A DNA stretch of 64,000 nucleotides, taken from positions 3,511-67,510 of the forward strand of contig JAMNXV010000137.1 of the NCBI GenBank assembly GCA_023623185.1. Reading direction: 5' to 3'. A model generated the notes under the pieces. It worked only from the letters and a program-made list of their open reading frames with translations, was not told where the DNA came from and ran no database searches. This DNA is from Bacillota bacterium (GTDB lineage Bacteria; Bacillota; Sulfobacillia; Symbiobacteriales; Symbiobacteriaceae). The translations under genes were made by a program, and so were the position numbers. Below are positions 9,241 through 17,742 of the stretch, in pieces; position 1 is the stretch's first letter, and every line of letters starts with the position of its first letter.

Positions 9241-10263
9241 ATGACGGCAACCGTGTCCGGTACGAAAGAGCTTTACGACGTGACCCTGATCGGTGCAGGG
9301 CCGACGGGACTGTTCGGGGTGTTCTATGCAGGCATGCGCGGCATGAAGACCAAGATCATCGAGGCCCTGCCCGAGGTGGGCGGTCAGCTGGCTGCCCTCT
9401 ACCCGGAAAAGGACATCTTCGACGTCGCAGGCTTCCCCAGGGTGAGCGCCAAGCATTTGGTGGAACGGTGCAAGGAACAGGCTGACCTGGCCAACCCGGA
9501 CGCCACCTACGTGTTCAACCAGCGGGTCGACCGGCTGAACAAGCTGGAGGACGGCACTTTCGAACTGATCACCCACACCGGCGAAAAGCATTACAGCCGG
9601 GCTGTCGTCATCACTGCCGGCATCGGGGCCTTTGAGCCCAACCGCATTCCCAACGAGTCCGCCCGTCAGTACGAGGGCAAGGGCGTCTTCTACAGCGTGA
9701 CGAACCTGCCCCAGTTCGAGGGCAAGCGGGTGCTGGTCATCGGCGGCGGCGACTCGGCCGTCGATTACGCCCTGATGGTCGAGCCGATCGCGGAGGAGGT
9801 CACCCTCATCCACCGGCGCGAGGGCTTCCGGGCCCACGAGGAGTCGCTGAAGAAGCTGGCCGCCTCGCGGGTGCACGTGAAGACGCACTACGAGCTGCGC
9901 AAGGTCGAGGGCGACGGGAACTGGGTGAAGAAGGCCACCATCTTCGACAACCGCACGGGCGAAGAGACGACCATCGACGTCGACTACGTCATCCTCGGCA
10001 CCGGCTTCAAGGCCTCACTGGGCAGCATGCTGGAGTGGGGTCTCGAGATCGAGAACAAGCGGCAGATCGTCGTGAACTCCAAGGGCGAGACCAACATCCC
10101 CGGCGTCTACGCGGCCGGCGACATCTCCTGGTACCCGGGCAAGATCCGCCTGATCGCGACGGGCTTCGGCGAGGTGGCCACCGCGGTCAACAACGCCAAG
10201 GCCTTCATCGACCCGGGTTCGGCCGCCTTCCCCGGCCACAGCTCCGAACAGCGGAAGAAGTAA
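9241..10263 (+). CDS. Ferredoxin-NADP+ reductase, thioredoxin-reductase-like (YumC family)
   Basis: IGAGPTG, GGQLAALYPEK, GGGDSAVD, HRR, GD..YPGK, C-terminal PGHSS; no CxxC. Confidence 0.92.
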   Translation: MTATVSGTKELYDVTLIGAGPTGLFGVFYAGMRGMKTKIIEALPEVGGQLAALYPEKDIFDVAGFPRVSAKHLVERCKEQADLANPDATYVFNQRVDRLNKLEDGTFELITHTGEKHYSRAVVITAGIGAFEPNRIPNESARQYEGKGVFYSVTNLPQFEGKRVLVIGGGDSAVDYALMVEPIAEEVTLIHRREGFRAHEESLKKLAASRVHVKTHYELRKVEGDGNWVKKATIFDNRTGEETTIDVDYVILGTGFKASLGSMLEWGLEIENKRQIVVNSKGETNIPGVYAAGDISWYPGKIRLIATGFGEVATAVNNAKAFIDPGSAAFPGHSSEQRKK

Positions 10264-10286
10264 GCGGGGTGCGCCCCCGCAGCGAG

Positions 10287-10324
10287 GACGCAGGCTCCCT
10301 ACGAGGCGGTGGGGAGCCTGCGTC
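10287..10324 (+). terminator. Terminator hairpin
   Basis: GACGCAGGCTCCC...GGGAGCCTGCGTC. Confidence 0.7.
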
Positions 10325-10368
10325 TCTGCTAATGCAGGGCGCTTGCCCCCACGCCTCCGTCGCCGCGG

Positions 10369-10440
10369 CTGCCTGCCGCTCGCCGCCTGCCCGCCACTCG
10401 CCGCCTGCCCGCCACTCGCCGCCTGCCTGCCGCTCGCCGC
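10369..10440. repeat. 18-bp tandem repeat x4 (A-B-B-A), intergenic
   Basis: CTGCCTGCCGCTCGCCGC / CTGCCCGCCACTCGCCGC units. Confidence 0.85.
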
Positions 10441-10516
10441 CAAGCCACCCGTTGCCAGCACGGCCGGCGCGGGGTACCCTATTTTCGCGGAACAGCCAGG
10501 AAAGGAAGTACGAGAC

Positions 10517-11671
10517 GTGCGCCTGAAGACGACGCCCGAGGACTTCGTGGTGCGGGAGGCCGTGAACCTGCACATCCGCCAGAAGCCGGCCCGCTACCGG
10601 GTCTATTTGCTGGAGAAGAAGGGCTGGAATACGGCCGACGCGGTGGCCGCCATCGCCCGGCAGCGGCGCCTTCCGCTCTCCCGCATCCGTTACGGGGGGA
10701 AGAAGGACCGTCACGGCCACACCTTCCAGTACGTCACCATCGACCACCAGGCCGACCACTCGCTGGAGACCCCGGGCTACCGGCTGAAAGCGATCGGCTA
10801 CGCCACTGAGCCCATGGGGCCCGGGCGGGTGCTGGCCAACCACTTCGCCGTGACCGTGCGGGAGCTCAGGCCCGAGGCCGCCGCCCGCCTGGCTCGCGGG
10901 GCCCGGCGGGTCGCCGCCGAGGGCTTCCCCAATTACTTCGACGACCAGCGCTTCGGCAGCTACGACCGCGAGCGCGGGTTCATCGCCGAGCAGATGGCCC
11001 GGGGCCGCTGGGAGCAGGCGATCCAGATCGCCCTGACCCACATCTACCCCGGAGAGAAGAGCAAGGCGAAGGCGCGGAAGCGCCGGCTGCTGGAGGTCTG
11101 GGGCGACTGGGCCGCCTGCCTGAGCCTGGCGGAGACCGCCTTCGAGCGGCGCTGCTTTGCCATGCTGCAGGAGCGTCCCGGCGCCTTCCGCGAGGCCCTG
11201 GCCACCGCCCGCCGGGAGGAGCTGGAGATGTGGCTCTCGGCCTATCAGGCGTTCCTGTGGAATGAGGTGCTGCGCCGCCTGATCGCCCGCGCGGCCCCGG
11301 AGGGCGAGCCGCCCGCGGAAGCGGCCGGCGTCGCGGGGCCGTACCGCTTCGTCCGGCCGACGGCGGCGCTGCAGCAGCTGGTCATCCCCCTGCCGGGTCG
11401 GGGCATGCGCTTCCCCGCACCCGAGGCCGGCCTGGTCCTGGAGGAGGTGCTCTGGGAGCGCCGCCTGCGTCCCGGCCAGCTGGAGGCCGATCTGCTGCCG
11501 GGCCTCTTCCTGAAGAGCTCGCCCCGAGAGGCCTGGGTGGTGCCCAGCTCGGTCCAGGTGGAAGGGCCGCAGCCGGACGAGCGCTACCCCGGCTGCCAGA
11601 AGGTCTCGCTCCGCTTCACCCTGCCCAGGGGCGCGTACGCCACCATGTTCATCAAGGCGACGGCTCCCTGA
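10517..11671 (+). CDS. truD: tRNA pseudouridine(13) synthase TruD
   Basis: PEDFVVRE, GKKD..G.T.Q, NHF, GFPNYFDDQRFG, SAYQAFLWN, FTLPRGAYAT. Confidence 0.93.
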   Translation: MRLKTTPEDFVVREAVNLHIRQKPARYRVYLLEKKGWNTADAVAAIARQRRLPLSRIRYGGKKDRHGHTFQYVTIDHQADHSLETPGYRLKAIGYATEPMGPGRVLANHFAVTVRELRPEAAARLARGARRVAAEGFPNYFDDQRFGSYDRERGFIAEQMARGRWEQAIQIALTHIYPGEKSKAKARKRRLLEVWGDWAACLSLAETAFERRCFAMLQERPGAFREALATARREELEMWLSAYQAFLWNEVLRRLIARAAPEGEPPAEAAGVAGPYRFVRPTAALQQLVIPLPGRGMRFPAPEAGLVLEEVLWERRLRPGQLEADLLPGLFLKSSPREAWVVPSSVQVEGPQPDERYPGCQKVSLRFTLPRGAYATMFIKATAP

Positions 11672-12899
11672 GCTCGCGGTACGGGCGCCGACGAGCCCTG
11701 AGCCGCCGCCCGCGCAGGTAGTTCACCGGCGCGGCGAGCAGCTTGCGCACGAGGGGCATCACGCCGCCCCCCACCTCCCACGCGTGGAGACCCTCGATGA
11801 AGTGCTTGATCGTCATGGCGGGCAGGCCCACCAGCCCCTCCTGGCCGAGCATGCCCACGCCTTCGTGGGGCCCCAGCGAGGCAAACTGACCGCGCATGCG
11901 GAACACGAACGGCCGCTCCGGGCGGCCGGTGAGCCGGCGCAGGATGTTGTCGGCCGCCGCCCTTCCCATCTGCACGGCGGCCTGGCCCGTGGGCGGGATC
12001 TCGCGGCCGGAGGCGGCGTTGATGAAGGAGGCCGAATCGCCGATCACGTAGATGCGGTCGTCGCTCACGCTGCGCAGGAACTCGTCGACCCTGGCCCGTC
12101 CGCGCCCGCCCAGCTCCAGCCCCGCCTCGGCCAGCAGCGAGTGGCCGCGCACGCCGCCGGCCCAGACCAGCAGGTCGTAGGCGATCTCGCCGCCGTCTTT
12201 CAGAGCGACCTGGTACTGGTCGGCGGTGACGATCGGGCTGCCGGTGATGATGCGGATGCCCTTCCGCTCCAGGATCTGCCGGGCGACCTTCACCAGGTCG
12301 GGGTGGAAACCGCCCATGATCTCGGGGGCCGCCTCCAGGAGCGTCACCCGCAGCTTACGGGGGTACTCGTCGGCCAGCTCCGCCGCCAGTTCCACGCCGG
12401 TCAGGCCGCCGCCCACGATCAGAACATGCCCCGTGTAGTTGTCGCGGTCCGTCAGGGCCAGGACCCGCTCCCGCACCTCCCGTGCAGCATGCGGGCTGCC
12501 GATGGTGAGCGCGTGCTCGGGAATGCCGGGCAGCCCGAAGTACTCGGGCTCGCTGCCCAGGGCGAACACCAGCAGGTCATACTCCAAGCTGCCGGAAAGC
12601 TTCAGCTCGACCTGCCGCTGAGCGGGGTGCAGCCCAGACACGTGGTCGATGATCAGCCGGCCGGGCGGGGCGACCAGCCGCTTCAGGGGAATGCGGACCG
12701 CGTCGGCCTCGTGACCGGCCGCATAGGTGTGCAGTTCCGTGGTGAACCAGTGGAAGCGGTCGCGGCTGACCAGCACCAATTGGTGGCCCTGGGGCAGGCG
12801 GTCCTGCAGTTCCAGGAAACAGGTCAGCCCGGCGTAGCCCGCCCCCAGCACAACAACTCGCTTGCTCGCATCTGCCGTCGTTTCGGGCACGGTGCGCAC
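11652..12899 (-). CDS. Type II NADH dehydrogenase-like FAD oxidoreductase
   Basis: VLGAGYAG, GGGLTGVELAAEL, VWAGG, PPTGQAAVQMG. Confidence 0.9.
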   Translation of the reverse strand: MRTVPETTADASKRVVVLGAGYAGLTCFLELQDRLPQGHQLVLVSRDRFHWFTTELHTYAAGHEADAVRIPLKRLVAPPGRLIIDHVSGLHPAQRQVELKLSGSLEYDLLVFALGSEPEYFGLPGIPEHALTIGSPHAAREVRERVLALTDRDNYTGHVLIVGGGLTGVELAAELADEYPRKLRVTLLEAAPEIMGGFHPDLVKVARQILERKGIRIITGSPIVTADQYQVALKDGGEIAYDLLVWAGGVRGHSLLAEAGLELGGRGRARVDEFLRSVSDDRIYVIGDSASFINAASGREIPPTGQAAVQMGRAAADNILRRLTGRPERPFVFRMRGQFASLGPHEGVGMLGQEGLVGLPAMTIKHFIEGLHAWEVGGGVMPLVRKLLAAPVNYLRGRRLRARRRPYRELREPSP

Positions 12900-13072
12900 C
12901 CCTTCGCCCAGATGATCTGTCCTTAGTCTTGCCCAGAAGCAAAAGCCGGGCGCCGGGTGAAAATTCCTCCAAGAGTCCCAGGCAACATACAGATTGCCTG
13001 CGGGTGCGGCGGCTCAAACTAAGACCGGTCCCGGTGAGACTCCACACATCGCATGTGAGGGGGAGTTTCAGG

Positions 13073-13336
13073 ATGGCGAAGGGTGCGCAGCTCAGTGGGA
13101 ACAACATCAAGGGCGTGAGCGGTGCGCAGCACGGCGCGCAGCGCAACGCTGCGGCCATGCAGCGGGCGGCCGGCAAGGCCGGTCAGGCCAATTACGAGTT
13201 CGGCGCCATGGGCGCCGGCCAGCAGTCTGGCGCCCAGCTCTCGGGGAACAACATTACCGGGGTCAGCGGCGCCCAGCATGCCCAGAAGCGCAACGCCGCC
13301 TCCATGCAGCGTGCGGCCCAGAAGTCAGGCCAGTAA
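13073..13336 (+). CDS. Small internally duplicated Q/N/G/A-rich protein, gamma-type SASP-like
   Basis: GAGGGGGAG RBS; two copies of GAQLSGNNI.GVSGAQH...RNAA.MQRAA.K.GQ around NYEFGA; own terminator. Confidence 0.75.
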   Translation: MAKGAQLSGNNIKGVSGAQHGAQRNAAAMQRAAGKAGQANYEFGAMGAGQQSGAQLSGNNITGVSGAQHAQKRNAASMQRAAQKSGQ

Positions 13337-13349
13337 CGGGATCCGCGCA

Positions 13350-13380
13350 GGGCACCGGCTGCTCGCAGCCGGTGCCTTTG
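13350..13380 (+). terminator. Rho-independent terminator
   Basis: GGGCACCGGCTGC-tc-GCAGCCGGTGCC-TTT. Confidence 0.8.
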
Positions 13381-13385
13381 CGCGC

Positions 13386-13436
13386 TTGCGCGCGTCCCCG
13401 GCGGCGTGTTATAAATGAATGAGCGCTCACTTTTTT
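13386..13436 (+). promoter_or_regulatory. SigA-type promoter with overlapping TetR-type palindromic operator
   Basis: TTGCGC-N18-TATAAA (extended TG) followed by AATGAATGAGC|GCTCACTTTTT. Confidence 0.6.
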
Positions 13437-13569
13437 GTAAGTGAGGAGGGGGCTCCCGCCCCCTCCTCACCTCCACCCCGTGCCGGCGGGGACGTTTGTG
13501 GCACGGGTCGGGCCGGCGAAGCCGCCCATGACGTCACAGGACAGGCCGCAATCGGAGGAGTTGATCACC

Positions 13570-14193
13570 ATGCCCAAGGTGAGTCCGGCGCACAAGGAGC
13601 GGCGGCGCGAGGCCATCCTCAACGCCGCCATGGAGGTGTTCATCACCAAGGGCTATCAGGTCGCCACCGTGGGCGACATCGCCCAGCAGGCCCAGCTCAG
13701 CGTCGGGGCCCTGTACCGGTACTTCCCCACGAAGGCCGACCTGATGCTCGCGCTCGTGCGCGAGCGGCTCGGCCGGGCGCCGGAGCTCTTCGCCCGGATG
13801 ACCCGCAGCGTGGACGACCCCTGGGAACGGCTGGTGCGCTGCGTGGAGCTGTTCACCACCGCCCTGCGGGTGCGCCACCCGGGCACCGGCCGCCTGCTGC
13901 TGGTCACCATGGCCGAGGCGGTGCAGCACGGCGAGATCCGCCAGGGGCTGCACGACCGCTTCGCCGGGCTGGTGGAATACGTCGCGGGCATTATCGCTGA
14001 GGGCATCGCCCGTGGGCGCTTCCGGCAGGACGCCGACCCGCAGACCGTGGCCGCCCTGCTGCTGGCCATGGCGGACGGGGTGGCGGTCTACTGGGTGACC
14101 GGTACGCCGGACGTCGAGCTGAACGCCATGGGGCAGAGCCTGGTGGCGATGCTCCGGTCCTATTTGCTTCCTGAACCCTTATTGAAGGAGTGA
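13570..14193 (+). CDS. TetR/AcrR family transcriptional regulator
   Basis: MPKVS..HKERRREAIL..A..VF..KGY...TVGDIA..AQLSVGALYRYFPTK HTH. Confidence 0.93.
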   Translation: MPKVSPAHKERRREAILNAAMEVFITKGYQVATVGDIAQQAQLSVGALYRYFPTKADLMLALVRERLGRAPELFARMTRSVDDPWERLVRCVELFTTALRVRHPGTGRLLLVTMAEAVQHGEIRQGLHDRFAGLVEYVAGIIAEGIARGRFRQDADPQTVAALLLAMADGVAVYWVTGTPDVELNAMGQSLVAMLRSYLLPEPLLKE

Positions 14194-14198
14194 ACCGA

Positions 14199-15440
14199 AT
14201 GGAGCGAAGGGTAGTGGTCACCGGCCTGGGGCTGGTCTCACCCCTGGGCAACAGCGTACAGGCCAACTGGGAGGCGGCGGTGGCCGGCCGCTCGGGCATC
14301 GGCCCGATCACGCGCTTTGACGCCTCGCGCCTGCAGACCCGGTTCGCGGGCGAGGTGCGCAACTTCGACCCCGCGACGGTGATGGATCCGAAGGAAGCCC
14401 GGCGGTACGATACCTTCATCCACTACGCCCTGGCCGCCGCGGTGGAGGCCGTGCAGGACGCGGGCCTCACCTTCGAGGGCGAGTTGGCCGAGCGCACGGG
14501 CGTCGTGTTCGGCAGCGGCATGGGCGGTCTGGAGAGCATCGAGGAGAACTCGCACATCCTGAAGGAGCGCGGCCCCCGGCGGATCTCGCCCTTCTTCGTG
14601 CCCCGCTGTATCATCAACAGCGCCGCCGGGCTGATCTCGATGAGGTTCGGCGTGCACGGGCCGAATTACGGCACGGTGTCGGCCTGCGCGTCGGCCGGGC
14701 ACGCCATCGCCGACGCCATGCACATCATCCGCCGCGGGGATGCCGACGTCATGATCACCGGCGGCAGCGAGGCCACCATCATGGAGCTGGCCTTCGCCGG
14801 CTTCAACTCTGCCAAGGCGCTCTCCACCCGAAACGACGATCCCGAAGGCGCCTCCCGCCCGTTCGACGTGGACCGGGACGGCTTCGTCATGAGCGAGGGC
14901 GGCGGCTGCCTGGTGCTGGAAGAGCTGGAGCACGCGAAGCGGCGCGGCGCGCGCATCTACGCCGAGCTGGCCGGCGCCGGCATGTCGGGGGACGCCTACC
15001 ACATCACCGCCCCGCATCCCGAGGGCCTGGGGGCCGTCCTGGCGATGAAGAGCGCCCTGCGCAGCGCCCGCCTGAACCCGGAGGACGTGGGCTACATCAA
15101 CGCGCACGCCACCTCCACCGACCTGGGCGACGTGCAGGAGAGCCTGGCCATTGAGCGGGTCTTCGGCAACCACGCCCGGCAGCTGGCCGTCTCGGGCACC
15201 AAGTCCATGCACGGCCATCTTCTGGGGGCGGCCGGGGCCATCGAGGCGATTCTGACCGTCCTCTCCCTCTACCATCAGGTGCTGCTGCCGACCATCAACC
15301 TGCAGCAGCCCGATCCCGAGTGCCGCCTGGACTACGTTCCCAACGCCGCCCGGGAGGTCCGCGGCGTGGAGGCGGCACTCTGCAACAACTTCGGCTTCGG
15401 CGGCACCAACGTGTCGCTCGCCTTCCGCCGCTTCGCCTAG
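14199..15440 (+). CDS. fabF: Beta-ketoacyl-ACP synthase II
   Basis: RRVVVTGLG, SACASA, DGFVMSEG, INAHATST, GHLLGAAG, NNFGFGG. Confidence 0.93.
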   Translation: MERRVVVTGLGLVSPLGNSVQANWEAAVAGRSGIGPITRFDASRLQTRFAGEVRNFDPATVMDPKEARRYDTFIHYALAAAVEAVQDAGLTFEGELAERTGVVFGSGMGGLESIEENSHILKERGPRRISPFFVPRCIINSAAGLISMRFGVHGPNYGTVSACASAGHAIADAMHIIRRGDADVMITGGSEATIMELAFAGFNSAKALSTRNDDPEGASRPFDVDRDGFVMSEGGGCLVLEELEHAKRRGARIYAELAGAGMSGDAYHITAPHPEGLGAVLAMKSALRSARLNPEDVGYINAHATSTDLGDVQESLAIERVFGNHARQLAVSGTKSMHGHLLGAAGAIEAILTVLSLYHQVLLPTINLQQPDPECRLDYVPNAAREVRGVEAALCNNFGFGGTNVSLAFRRFA

Positions 15441-16678
15441 CGCCCCTCGGCCGCCCGGATGCGGCGTATGATCGACGGGTGGGAGTGGCTGAGCACCTCC
15501 ACCAGAGGCGGCGGTGCAACATCGCCGGGGTTGGCCCTGGCCAGCTTCTGGAAACTCTGCACCAGCGCCCTGGGGTTCTGCGTGAGCTCCAGGGCGTACT
15601 TGTCTGCCCTGACCTCCGCCCGGCGGGAGAGCGCCGCCTGCGCCGGCGTGCCGGCGATGTCGCAGAGACTGAGGAAGAGCATCAGCAGGGCCAGGCCCCG
15701 GGGCGCGTGGGCCGCCGGCAGCCCCAGCGGCGAGACGCCCCGCATCGCGCGGAGCATCCAGGCGGCCAGCCACATGGCCGCGGCGTTCAGCGCCGCCTGC
15801 AGGGCCCAGCCCCGGAACAGGTCGGCGTGCACTGCGTGGGAGAGCTCGTGCGCCAGCACCGCCTCCACCTCCGCCGGCGACAGCTCGCGGAGCAGGGTGT
15901 CGTAGAGCAGCACCTGCTTGGTGGGCCCCAGCCCGGCGACCATGGCGTTGAGCCGGCTGGACTCGTCCCCCACCCGCAGCTCGGCCACCTTCTCCACCCG
16001 CACGCCGGCACGCTCCGCCAGGCTGTGAATCATCGCCAGCACCTGCGGATCATCCACCGGGCGCACCTGGTGGAATAGGGGCAGCAGGAGCACGGGGTAG
16101 AGCGCCGCCAGGAGCAGGCTGTACCCGGCCATGACCAGGCTGGCGCCCGCCCACCACCGCCGCGGGCTCCGCCGGATCAGGGCGTAGAGCGCCAGCCAGA
16201 GCAGCGCAGAGAAGACCAGCCCCACGGCCGCCCCCAGGAGGTGGTCGCCCAACCAGGCCCAGGCCGATTGGCGGGTGAGGCCGTACGCCCGCTCGTGGGC
16301 GTGGCCGAGGTAGTAGGCGAAAGGCAGCTCCACCACGGCGGCCATGGCCCCCACCCCCACCGCCACCCACGCGACCTGCCGCGGCCAGCGGCCCCGGCCG
16401 CGGGCCTCCAGCCAGGTGAGCAGGCGGGCGCCGGCGGGATGGAAGCACAGCACGGCCAGGGCGCCCAGGGAGGCGAGGGCCTTCAGGGTGGCGGCCAGCC
16501 GGGCCTCCCTGGCGAAGCGGCGTCCCTGCTCCAGCATGGCGGCGGGGAAGTAGTTCAGGGCTTCTCCATCCAGCGGGCGGGGCTCCAGGGTGGCGAAGAG
16601 CAGCAGCAGAATCAGTCCCAGACCAAGGGCGAACAGCAGGGTCCAGAGGCACTTCAGCGGCAGTGCGGGCTCACGCAC
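15437..16678 (-). CDS. M48 family (Ste24/YhfN-like) zinc metalloprotease
   Basis: Multi-TM; NAMVAGLGPTKQVLLYDTL, AHELSH, EVRAD, SHPSI..RI. Confidence 0.92.
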   Translation of the reverse strand: MREPALPLKCLWTLLFALGLGLILLLLFATLEPRPLDGEALNYFPAAMLEQGRRFAREARLAATLKALASLGALAVLCFHPAGARLLTWLEARGRGRWPRQVAWVAVGVGAMAAVVELPFAYYLGHAHERAYGLTRQSAWAWLGDHLLGAAVGLVFSALLWLALYALIRRSPRRWWAGASLVMAGYSLLLAALYPVLLLPLFHQVRPVDDPQVLAMIHSLAERAGVRVEKVAELRVGDESSRLNAMVAGLGPTKQVLLYDTLLRELSPAEVEAVLAHELSHAVHADLFRGWALQAALNAAAMWLAAWMLRAMRGVSPLGLPAAHAPRGLALLMLFLSLCDIAGTPAQAALSRRAEVRADKYALELTQNPRALVQSFQKLARANPGDVAPPPLVEVLSHSHPSIIRRIRAAEGR

Positions 16679-16745
16679 GGCCAGCCACCTCCCGGGCAGT
16701 CCGACTCTACCCCTCTCTATGCGGCTCGTCCCCTGCCATAGACGC

Positions 16746-16777
16746 GGCGGTCCCCTCCCACGGCGGGAGGGGACCGC
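16746..16777. terminator. Strong GC hairpin in a divergent intergenic region
   Basis: GCGGTCCCCTCCC-acggc-GGGAGGGGACCGC. Confidence 0.5.
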
Positions 16778-16844
16778 TTCACAGTGAGGCTGAGTCGGCC
16801 GCAGGCTGCGGCGGCAATCGCGCCGCGCAACCGCCCGGGACCCT

Positions 16845-17050
16845 CGCCAGCGATCGCGGAACCGGCGTTATTTCACTTTGCCCTCTGCGCCGAAGTGAAA
16901 AACCGCCTGCTCCCACAGCCGCGGTCCTGCGGGATGATCGCTGGTCAACCGTAATGCCACGTTATGTCAAGCAACGACGCGCGCAGCAGCGCGAACAGCG
17001 GCGAGTTTCCACCTGGCAGACGGGCGAAGTGGAAACTCGCCGCAGTTAGC
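16845..17050. repeat. Dispersed palindromic intergenic element, copy 1 (two hairpins)
   Basis: TTTCAC-N18-GTGAAA and GCGGCGAGTTTCCAC-N16-GTGGAAACTCGCCGC; reverse complement aligns with 46210-46325. Confidence 0.75.
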
Positions 17051-17297
17051 CGACTACGCCGCCGTGCTCCCGGCAATCGACAGAAGAAAACCGGGCGCAG
17101 GGCGCTAGCAGCGAGGCGGTGGCCCGCGGGCCAACCCAGTGCTGGCGCTGAAACGTGGCTCCCGGTTCATCCGGGGGCCCGGGTTAGCGGAATCGGGCCA
17201 GGGCCGCCGTTGCTGCGATCCGCATTTCTTCCTTTACCTTAAGCTATAACTATTCTTACAATAGAGGCGATACTGCAGCGAGCAGAGGAGGGGCACG

Positions 17298-17738
17298 ATG
17301 CCGGTTGAGCTGGGCGAGCGGGTGAGAGCGACGTTCGACCGCATGAAGACAATGGAAACCCTCGGGGCCGAACTCCTGCGGGTCGAGCCCGGAGTGGTGG
17401 AGATCGAGTTTCCCTTCCGCGCCGAGTTCACGCAGCAGCACGGCTTCATGCATGCGGGCATTGTCACCACCGTGGTCGACACGGCGTGCGGGTACGCCGC
17501 CTACACCCTGATGCCGCCGGACGCGTCGGTGCTGACGGTGGAGTTCAAGGTGAACTTCCTGGCGCCGGCGAGGGGCCGGCGTTTCCGGGCGCGGGGAACG
17601 GTCGTCAAGGCGGGCAAGACCCTCTCCGTGTGCCACGGCGAGGTCTTCGCCCTGAGCGAGGACGGCGAGAAGCTGATCGTCAACATGTCGGCAACGATGA
17701 TGACGGTCCGCAACGGGCCGGACGTCACGCCGGGGTAG
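17298..17738 (+). CDS. PaaI family thioesterase
   Basis: QQHGFMHAG...DTACG, TVEFKVNFLAPA. Confidence 0.92.
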   Translation: MPVELGERVRATFDRMKTMETLGAELLRVEPGVVEIEFPFRAEFTQQHGFMHAGIVTTVVDTACGYAAYTLMPPDASVLTVEFKVNFLAPARGRRFRARGTVVKAGKTLSVCHGEVFALSEDGEKLIVNMSATMMTVRNGPDVTPG

Positions 17739-17742
17739 CGCC

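Noticed and set aside
10343-10516. Cys-repeat N-terminal extension of TruD, or a mini-CRISPR
   Set aside because: Translation of a minisatellite without spacers; the real start with RBS is 10517; no cas genes
16990-17052. Integron attC site (AAC...GTTAGCC ends)
   Set aside because: No RYYYAAC box, no extrahelical bases, no cassette array or integrase
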